A model generated the notes under the pieces. That model had not been told where the DNA came from, searched no databases, and worked only from the letters and a program-made list of their open reading frames with translations. This document shows, in pieces, positions 56,926 to 64,000 of a stretch of 64,000 bases of DNA. The stretch's first letter is position 1. Each line of letters opens with the position of its first letter. This DNA is from Candidatus Cloacimonadales bacterium (GTDB taxonomy: Bacteria; Cloacimonadota; Cloacimonadia; Cloacimonadales; JAIOQZ01): positions 2,176,001-2,240,000 of the forward strand of contig CAXXTU010000002.1 of assembly GCA_963662655.2 (NCBI GenBank), written 5' to 3'. The position numbers were made by a program, and so were the translations under genes.

Positions 56926-58980
56926 ATGGAACTAACAACCAGAAAATTTCTGCAAGAGCGCGCAGCCATGATCCTCACCGCAGCGCTGGTGGTGCCCATT
57001 TCCATATTTCTTGTAACCGGCTACTTACTGCTCAGTACCATTGCAAAACAGAAGGATGTAACTACCCTGAACAGCCTGGCGCAAAACGTGCGGTTTCTCG
57101 AAAGCAAGCGCACCAGCCAGTCGATCCAGATGCAGGCGGCCATCACCGATACGTTGTATGCTTTCTTCGACGAGAAGCCCGACAGCCGGATTATTTCCTT
57201 TCTGACGCGCGAGAATCCCGACCTGGATTCGTATGTTCTATTCACCGAAGATCATGTCGTTGGCTCAGGGATTCAACTCTCGAAGGAGCAGCGCGAGAAG
57301 CTGATCGAGATTTCCGCAGAGAAGAAGGAAGGCTCGGGCTATTACCTCGGAAGCGGGAAGCGGTACATCATGACTTATTCGGTTATCAACGCCGAATCCA
57401 CGAATCCGACGATCCTTGTTCTGTACTGGAACTACACGCTTCCGGAGAACCTGTACATCAATACACTCAAGGATTTCCACACCATGCGCATCGACTGGGA
57501 TCGCATCAAAACAGCTCCTCAGGACAAGTATGAAACCGAGCGCCGATTGATCGACAACATCAACGCAACTTCGGAAGGTATATTCATCGAGGAGTTGCCC
57601 GGGAATCTACTGTCGGCCCATTTCTTCCTGCACGATGTATTCGGTAAGCCGATTGCGATTGTAACCATGCAGACCGAGCGCTACTTTGTCTTGCAGATGA
57701 AGCGCCTCTTCTGGATCGGAGGGCTCTCGCTTTCGTTCCTCTCGATCGTGTCGGCATTGTTGCTTGCACGCAAGGCCGCGTCCTATCTGATGAATCCGGT
57801 GGAGAAGCTCAGCTATCAGATGAATCAAATCGCGAGCAATCCCGTGCATTCGGAAGAGATCAATCAGGGCGAGTTTTCGCAGTTGGATTTGCTCGTTTCG
57901 TCGTTCAACGGAATTCTTCGATCCTTCAAGGAATATTACGGTTCGGTGCAAAAATACGAGAGCATCGTCACGAACATCAAAGAGGGGATTTTCTGGAGCG
58001 ACGACAAGGGGTACATGGTTATCTCCAACAAAGCCTTCGACGATATCTTCAAGAATCAGGGGCCGATCGGCAATCTCAGCGAGATATGGGGGGGGGGCAA
58101 GGATGATTTCAAGCAAAGGATAGCCGGATTCGAGGACGGGAACGAGATTGAAATCGATGGCCGGTACTATCTGCTTTTCGTTAACGAGTACAGGCAGAAC
58201 GGGAAAGCGAATTACCTCGGTCTCATTTCCGAGATAACCCAGCAAAAGGAAGCCGAGATCGAGCGACAGCGCCTCGAGATGCAGCTTCAGACCACGAAGA
58301 AGCTTGCCGAGATCGGTCTGTTGATTGAAGGGATTTCTCACAACCTCAATTCCCCGCTTCACAACATGCTCGCCTATGTTCACTTCCTTCGGGGTGAGTT
58401 CGGCGACCACAAGGACCTCATCAAACTACAGGAAAACGGTCAACGAATGGCCGAGATCATCAAATCGCTGATGAACAGGATGTCCGAGGCGGTGGTTTTT
58501 TCCGCGAGGCCGATAGACATCAACGAGCTGGTCGGGCTGGAGTTGGCGTTCTTCGAGCATAACTTGTATTTCAAGAACAACGTTCGCAAGGTCATTCGTC
58601 TTCAGGAAAATCTTCCTGATGTGATGGCCGTTTACAGCGATATCAGTCAAGCACTGTCCAATCTGATTTCCAATGCGGTGGATGCCGTGAAGGGCACGCG
58701 GGACAAGACGATTACAATCGAGACCTTTCTGCGCGACGAGAATCTGGTTATCTCCGTGGAAGACACAGGTGTGGGGATTCCGGAAGAAAGGCTGGGAAGC
58801 ATTTTCGAGCCGTTCCAGTCGTCAAAGGAAACCGCCAACGGGATTGGTCGGGGAATAGGCCTGGCGATTTCGAGGCAGTTGTTGGAAAGCTACGACGCCA
58901 AGGTCAATGTGGAAAGCGTTGTCAACCAGGGGAGCCGATTCGAAATCGTCTTCCCGAAGGAGCGCTTTGTCGACGAGTAG
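56926..58980 (+). CDS. Membrane sensor histidine kinase (periplasmic sensor, HAMP, PAS-like, HisKA, HATPase)
   Basis: Two TMs, H-box 'GISHNLNSPL', N-box 'NLISNAVDA', 'DTGVGIP' and 'GRGIGL'. Confidence 0.92.
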   Translation: MELTTRKFLQERAAMILTAALVVPISIFLVTGYLLLSTIAKQKDVTTLNSLAQNVRFLESKRTSQSIQMQAAITDTLYAFFDEKPDSRIISFLTRENPDLDSYVLFTEDHVVGSGIQLSKEQREKLIEISAEKKEGSGYYLGSGKRYIMTYSVINAESTNPTILVLYWNYTLPENLYINTLKDFHTMRIDWDRIKTAPQDKYETERRLIDNINATSEGIFIEELPGNLLSAHFFLHDVFGKPIAIVTMQTERYFVLQMKRLFWIGGLSLSFLSIVSALLLARKAASYLMNPVEKLSYQMNQIASNPVHSEEINQGEFSQLDLLVSSFNGILRSFKEYYGSVQKYESIVTNIKEGIFWSDDKGYMVISNKAFDDIFKNQGPIGNLSEIWGGGKDDFKQRIAGFEDGNEIEIDGRYYLLFVNEYRQNGKANYLGLISEITQQKEAEIERQRLEMQLQTTKKLAEIGLLIEGISHNLNSPLHNMLAYVHFLRGEFGDHKDLIKLQENGQRMAEIIKSLMNRMSEAVVFSARPIDINELVGLELAFFEHNLYFKNNVRKVIRLQENLPDVMAVYSDISQALSNLISNAVDAVKGTRDKTITIETFLRDENLVISVEDTGVGIPEERLGSIFEPFQSSKETANGIGRGIGLAISRQLLESYDAKVNVESVVNQGSRFEIVFPKERFVDE

Positions 58981-59154
58981 GTGACTCTGAGATTCAGCAC
59001 CGACTCAGCGCCGGGGGGGCGGCGTCTGCGCGGAGCGCAGTGAAACCATGGGGCGTCAGAAGGATTACTTCTGACGCCCCATGGTTTTCGGGAGCCGAAT
59101 GCTTCCGCATCGGTTCCCACGCCGCCCCCCCGGCGCGGGGTTAGCTCGCTCGAC
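58969..59154 (-). repeat. Structured four-way-junction intergenic element, copy B (reverse orientation)
   Basis: Perfect 18-bp closing stem (59008-59025 / 59119-59136) enclosing three hairpins. Termini GTCGA...TCGAC flanked by TT/TT. Overlaps the kinase stop codon. Confidence 0.8.
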
Positions 59155-59176
59155 TTCATTCAATCGGATTCGTGGA

Positions 59177-60289
59177 TCAGAAAGCCTCTTTCACGTTGAA
59201 GTACAAGCCGGTCCTCATCTCGCTTTGATCCGAATCGTCGTAACGATCGCTTGCATTGTTGTAAGAGATGTCCAGGCGAATATTCAGATTCTGCTTCGTG
59301 TCCCACGCATAGCGGAAACCAACGCCTCCTGCGACTTTCGGATCGCCCGATGAGAATTTGTCGAACCTGGAAGCGACGTCCCCCACACCGCCAAAAACGG
59401 CAGCACCAAAACGATAGAATAGAGGGAAACGATATTCGGCTTGCAGCATCAAGGCGTTGTGATCGCGGTAGCGTCCTTCGTAGAACCCACGCATGGTGTC
59501 GTGATCGCAGAGCTCGGCCAATTCTTGAAATGGGGCTGAGCCATCCGTGAAAAGGTATACGTACTGGAAGGCAAGCACATGCTTCTTGAAGAGCGTGTAG
59601 TAGGCGCGAGCGTCGAGAGAAGATTTCGAGAACGTGAAATCGCTGCCCCAGCCTTCGTGGTACTGCATCGATTGCGCTTGAATCAGGTAACCGGATGTCG
59701 GGAAGATGACTGCGTTGCGTACATCGTACGCAGCTTTCAAGCCGATGCCGTGAACCGTAAACGATTCACTGCCGGGCAGGAAGCCGCTGTCGAGAGCTCC
59801 TCCGTTCTCAACTCTGGTAATGTATGATCGGAGCACCCGGTAGTTCGGGCCAATCGAGAGGCTGCCTGAAATGTCGCGCATGACGCCCAGTTCAAACTCG
59901 AGACTGTTGTCCGTGTAGTCTTCCTCTTCCATGATGGTGGTGTCGTTTCCAATTCCGCAATATTGATTAGGGTATTTTCGCAGGTCTATTTCCAGAATGC
60001 CTTGATAGTCGGGGGAAAGGTAATGCTCGGCAGAGATGTTTATTCTGATTTGTTTCTCGGTTGTGTACAGCCCGACCGCGCTATACATGTTCATCGGATT
60101 GGCAAGTCCGGGCGTATCCATGTCATAAGCCTCCCGATAGCGCAAAACATACGCGCCAAGTCCCCAGCCGGTTTCAGGAGAGTGCATGATTACCGGCAGG
60201 ATGGACAGGCCAGAGGTTTCTTCTTCATCCACGGAGAATAAAAAAGTTGCAACCAGAAACAGATAAACAATAAGACAGATTTTTTTCAC
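59177..60289 (-). CDS. Omp85 (BamA/TamA) family beta-barrel without POTRA domains
   Basis: 'MRGFYEGRYRD' (VRGF-like loop 6), 'AEYRFPL', 'GVGFRY' and terminal 'EAF'. Confidence 0.85.
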   Translation of the reverse strand: MKKICLIVYLFLVATFLFSVDEEETSGLSILPVIMHSPETGWGLGAYVLRYREAYDMDTPGLANPMNMYSAVGLYTTEKQIRINISAEHYLSPDYQGILEIDLRKYPNQYCGIGNDTTIMEEEDYTDNSLEFELGVMRDISGSLSIGPNYRVLRSYITRVENGGALDSGFLPGSESFTVHGIGLKAAYDVRNAVIFPTSGYLIQAQSMQYHEGWGSDFTFSKSSLDARAYYTLFKKHVLAFQYVYLFTDGSAPFQELAELCDHDTMRGFYEGRYRDHNALMLQAEYRFPLFYRFGAAVFGGVGDVASRFDKFSSGDPKVAGGVGFRYAWDTKQNLNIRLDISYNNASDRYDDSDQSEMRTGLYFNVKEAF

Positions 60290-60301
60290 GAGCTTTCTCC
60301 A

Positions 60302-61492
60302 CTAAAAAGCTTCCATGAGTGCAACATAAATACCGTAATAGGTGTCGTCCTCACTGGAAATACCTGGAATTCTGCGAATGTTATTGATGGCGAAATCGAT
60401 CCGGAGGTTGAGGTTCTGCGTTTTTTCGAGCCGATAGCGCAGTCCCATTCCTGCCGCCAGTTTCACTCTTTGCAGGTTTAGCTCTTCCAGATCATGGTAC
60501 ACGTCGCCGATCGCTCCGAATAGGTCTCCTCCGAAGGAACGGTAGATTGGGAAGCGATACTCGAGCTGAGCCGAAAGGTAGTTGCGATCGCGGAAACGCG
60601 TTTGATGGTACCCACGCAGCATCTCGATGCCGCCGAGTTTGTATAGCTGAAGAAACGGAACCTCGCCGAAGCTGTTCTTCGAAATGAGTTGCAGGGCGAG
60701 AATGTGTTTTCTTGCAAGTGTGATGAATTTGCGCATGTCCAGACTTGACTGCGCGAAATTGTAATCGCTGCCGAGCGATTTATGGTGCGACGTGAAATCC
60801 CATGAGACCAGTAAGCCCTTCGATGCGAAGTAAATGTTGTCGCGGGTGTCCCAGTCGGTAGAAATCCCCAGGCCGACAATCTTATAAGTGTCCGATCCTT
60901 CAATGTTCCCATTTCTCAGCATGCCGTCATCGTCTCGCTCCTTGATGTCGGATGAAAAGAAATGGATGCTGGGTCCAAGCGACCAATCGCTGAGTAGTTT
61001 TCGCATTATGGAGAGGTTTGCGCCGTATTGCAGGGACAGGAAGCTTTCTTCGTCTTCGGAACGGGTATCGTTTCCAATACCGTAAAATGATTCCGGGAAA
61101 TGCTTACCCTGGATTAGAAATTTCATGCGGGTTTTATCGAAGATATCACCGTCGAACTGGGCCATGACAATCGCCTGCTCTTCTTGTGTACCGAAGCCCG
61201 TAAAGGTAAAATGGTCGGTTAATTGATGGTTCCGTTCACGGAAGTAAACAACGGAAGCTCCCAGCCCGGTCCCGGTTTCCGGTGCGTAGAAAGCGATCGG
61301 CACGAACACGAATTTGCGATCGTTTTTGCCAGAATCTTCCTTCGGCTTATTCGGTTCGAGATTCAGGATTTCACGTATTCTGCGCACGGATTCCCGGTGA
61401 TCCCGTTCGTCTTCCTCCTTTTCATCCGCGAAAAGGGAGAAAGCCAAAACGAGGAGCAGAACCAGGAAAAACAGTTTATCGTAGATTTTCAT
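60302..61492 (-). CDS. Omp85 (BamA/TamA) family beta-barrel without POTRA domains, paralog
   Basis: 'YAPETG', 'LGG..LRGY..RFRD', 'EYRFPI', 'GLRY' and terminal 'EAF'. Confidence 0.85.
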   Translation of the reverse strand: MKIYDKLFFLVLLLVLAFSLFADEKEEDERDHRESVRRIREILNLEPNKPKEDSGKNDRKFVFVPIAFYAPETGTGLGASVVYFRERNHQLTDHFTFTGFGTQEEQAIVMAQFDGDIFDKTRMKFLIQGKHFPESFYGIGNDTRSEDEESFLSLQYGANLSIMRKLLSDWSLGPSIHFFSSDIKERDDDGMLRNGNIEGSDTYKIVGLGISTDWDTRDNIYFASKGLLVSWDFTSHHKSLGSDYNFAQSSLDMRKFITLARKHILALQLISKNSFGEVPFLQLYKLGGIEMLRGYHQTRFRDRNYLSAQLEYRFPIYRSFGGDLFGAIGDVYHDLEELNLQRVKLAAGMGLRYRLEKTQNLNLRIDFAINNIRRIPGISSEDDTYYGIYVALMEAF

Positions 61493-61563
61493 CGGCTGAA
61501 GTTAAAAATGTCCCGTCATTGCATGTCAAGCGAAAAGGCATGGTTGCTTCACATCTTTCCGCG

Positions 61564-62514
61564 TCACGAATACGTGTCCTCCGGTTCGTCATCTTCATCG
61601 ACTCCGAACATTTTCCGGAAGGAGCCGCCTAGATTCTTGAATGCTCCCCATGTCTTTTTTCCGCTCATGACGATCAGGTCCCGGTAGATGCGTTGCAAGA
61701 CATCCGAGAGGATGTTACGGGTGGTGTCCGCAATTACATGAACGGCGGGGAACAGTTCGTTTTCCTTTTTGATGTAGAGCATGGTACAATATCGTTCCGT
61801 GATGATCGAGATTCGGGTGAGGAGCGCTGCGTTCACCATGCCGTCGGCTAGGGAGCTTAGCATGATGTTCGCTCCCGGGAGCTTTTTCATGCCGTCGGTG
61901 GCGTATTTGGAGAAGAGCTCGGTAATGAAGTATTCTACGCCTTCCGATCCTGCGATCATGGTGGAGAGCATGACCAGCCTGCCAATGGATAGCAAATCGC
62001 GATTGGTAACTCTGCCCCGGTAGAGCTTGAAGAGCTCTCGTACCATGTTTATACTGCCCGATAGCATGAGAAACGCGTCGATGAATCCATTTTGGGAAAG
62101 ACTGGTGCTATAGAATAGCGCTGTTACGTACCTTTTCCGAATGCGCGCGCCTTCCTTCTTCAGTTCCTTTACAACGGTATTGTATCCCTTCTCGTCGGCC
62201 GTTATGGAGGAAAAATCGAATGATTGCTCGATAAGGTAATGGTTCCTTCTGAAGCATTGCATCCGTTTTTCGATCAATTCCGGGACCTTGCTCTTATCCT
62301 TGGCCGGAGGCTGATTCGGCTTCAACATGATGATCCGGGTTAAAGGTATTATCACGAAGTACACCGTTAGTCCGGCAAGCAAGACGAGGAAGCCGTACCC
62401 GGCATACGGGTGCAGGAGATAGAGCGATGTGTAGAGTTGCAGGAATTCTTTAATCACGAAGTAGATCAGGAATAGCGACAGGAAAAACAGGATTCGCTGG
62501 ATCGTTTTCATCAT
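61564..62514 (-). CDS. YcjF/DUF697-like membrane protein
   Basis: Two N-terminal TMs and 'TSLSQNG.IDA', 'LY.GR' and 'DG.VNA.L..R' motifs. Confidence 0.7.
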   Translation of the reverse strand: MMKTIQRILFFLSLFLIYFVIKEFLQLYTSLYLLHPYAGYGFLVLLAGLTVYFVIIPLTRIIMLKPNQPPAKDKSKVPELIEKRMQCFRRNHYLIEQSFDFSSITADEKGYNTVVKELKKEGARIRKRYVTALFYSTSLSQNGFIDAFLMLSGSINMVRELFKLYRGRVTNRDLLSIGRLVMLSTMIAGSEGVEYFITELFSKYATDGMKKLPGANIMLSSLADGMVNAALLTRISIITERYCTMLYIKKENELFPAVHVIADTTRNILSDVLQRIYRDLIVMSGKKTWGAFKNLGGSFRKMFGVDEDDEPEDTYS

Positions 62515-62523
62515 TCACCTCGT

Positions 62524-63096
62524 TTATTGTGGGAAATGTGTCTTGGATACCCTGCCGTCCGCACCAAAACTGACATACGCTTTCTGCGAAAAATCCCACT
62601 TGTATATCCACAGGCCTTTATCCGGTACCTCAAAGCGAGAGTCGGGAGGGAATCCCAAGGTTCTGATTACTGCTTCTTTACTCATCCCGGGTAAAACGGA
62701 GCCACGAAGGATGTTCTGTCTCTCGGTGTCGGTGAGATTGCCGGTCAGCTCCTCAAAGGTGTTCGAGGTAAACATTCTATGCAGCAGGTCTTCCGTCTGA
62801 AGATGCTTGTCGCTGTCCCGATCGATAATTACAGTAAACAGCTTACCTCGTACCTCGAAGGAAACCTGCGGATTGCTGGATACGGACAGGTCGTCGATGA
62901 CATCAAGTTTCGTGATCATGGTTCCAGCAGGCAGGAACCGGCCGGATATGAAATTGACCGATTCGATATGGGTCGGATCCGTGTACCATAGATTGTGAGC
63001 CAGATACCAGGTTTTGGTTCTGTCGAGTTCATGGCCCTGCGCAATCAGGACCATGGCACAAATCAGGATCATTTGAGCAATAACGAATTTCTTCAT
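62524..63096 (-). CDS. Exported protein with a C-terminal SmpA/BamE-like domain
   Basis: Signal peptide and 'GMSKEAV..LGFPP....W.Y....VSF..GRV'. Confidence 0.7.
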   Translation of the reverse strand: MKKFVIAQMILICAMVLIAQGHELDRTKTWYLAHNLWYTDPTHIESVNFISGRFLPAGTMITKLDVIDDLSVSSNPQVSFEVRGKLFTVIIDRDSDKHLQTEDLLHRMFTSNTFEELTGNLTDTERQNILRGSVLPGMSKEAVIRTLGFPPDSRFEVPDKGLWIYKWDFSQKAYVSFGADGRVSKTHFPQ

Positions 63097-63165
63097 CTTG
63101 TCGTCCTTATCATTTCATGAATGCAATATTGACCTCCTCTTCAAGCAGGCAAGAAAAAAATAATA

Positions 63166-63387
63166 CGAGTTACCGACCGCGCGGCGGGGCGGCGGAAGAA
63201 GCCCTACGAATCCAGCATCATGCTTGCACAGGTCGGATCAAATCGGAACAACCATGTGCTGGATATTCCGTAGGGCTTCTTGGTATATTTCCCCATGTAA
63301 ACAATACGCTTACATGGGAAATCTACCGTGTGCGAAGCACACCCGCCGCCCCGCCGCGCTGAGCTGGTGCGCATTCTCGAGTCGGAC
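63166..63387 (+). repeat. Structured four-way-junction intergenic element, copy C
   Basis: Perfect 17-bp closing stem (63179-63195 / 63343-63359) enclosing three hairpins. The 3' tail TGAGCTGGTGC..CTCGAGTC resembles the copy B tail. Confidence 0.75.
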
Positions 63388-63501
63388 ATTCAGTACAGCC
63401 GGGGTGAACATGAAGATATAGAGATTGGGGCGGTTAAATTTTTCTGGACAAGTCGCGGAAAGAATCTCCTGATTGAGATATCATCCATATTGAGGAAATC
63501 A

Positions 63502-63715
63502 ATGGAACGAAGTGAGCACTTGAAAACAATTTTGGAGAAAGCCAACCAGAAGAGGGACGACGGTGAATATAGCGCAGCGCTGGGAATTCTTGATGGAATT
63601 ATTCAAGAAGCTGACAAGTATCAGGAAGAAACCACGTTGATCAGTTTCTACACACTGAGCGCCACCTGTTGCATGCATCTTCGCGAGTTTGAACGAGCGT
63701 TTCGATTTGCCCATT
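63502..63715 (+). pseudogene. 5' fragment of a TPR-like gene truncated by the IS relic
   Basis: GAGGA RBS and ATG at 63502. Helical repeat 'GEYSAALGILDGII...CMHLREFERAF', after which the sequence becomes antisense transposase. Confidence 0.5.
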
Positions 63716-64000
63716 GTCAGGTCGATCACACGCCCGTCCTCATGGTTTGTGATAACCGTTGCATACTTATGCCTTCGCTTATAACCAATCTCGTCAATTG
63801 CAATCTGATCGACATTCGGAACTCGTCCTCTATAACCCTTTTCCAACTTGGATAACTCAATTTTGTCGATTCGATAAATCGTACTCCGATCCACACCGAA
63901 TATCCGTGCTACAGAAGCATTGTCTGAACGAAGCGTGAACTGGAGAACCTTATTGCCGAAGTCTTTAGAGTGTCGATTGAGACCCTCGGCAATATCCTGT
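63690..64000 (-). mobile_element. ISL3-family transposase, 3'-truncated and running off the window edge
   Basis: Open frame from the edge: '...SVARIFGVDRSTIYRID...QIAIDEIGYKRRHKYATVITN...GRVI'. This is the ISL3 HTH plus the first DDE segment; similarity stops near 63690. Confidence 0.8.

Overview
Chromosomal window from a diderm anaerobe, probably Cloacimonadota. That assignment is an inference from the LamG/GLUG-type secreted proteins, clostridial-type ferredoxin and two-subunit fumarase. The left end holds a minus-strand type IV pilus operon behind a sigma54-type promoter: major pilin, pilT, two minor pilins, three tandem ~600-aa PilX/GspK-like paralogs and pilMNO. Core metabolism follows: fba, gap, sucCD and a split fumarate hydratase with a methyltransferase gene inserted between its subunits. 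Other genes include miaB, psd, an SPFH/NfeD pair, an antiporter-PTS EIIA fusion, an FHA-protein operon, a 3136-aa surface protein, an orphan ABC permease, an orphan histidine kinase, two POTRA-less Omp85 genes and an ISL3 relic at the right edge. The most striking unexplained signal is a family of ~185-220 bp intergenic elements (three intact copies, up to three decayed). Their sequences diverge, but they keep the same four-way-junction fold with compensatory changes. Also notable: a shared C-terminal domain on three unrelated secreted proteins, a sigma54/enhancer-driven pseudo-receiver plus giant-protein operon, and a circularly permuted solute-binding protein. I saw no CRISPR array, rRNA or tRNA.
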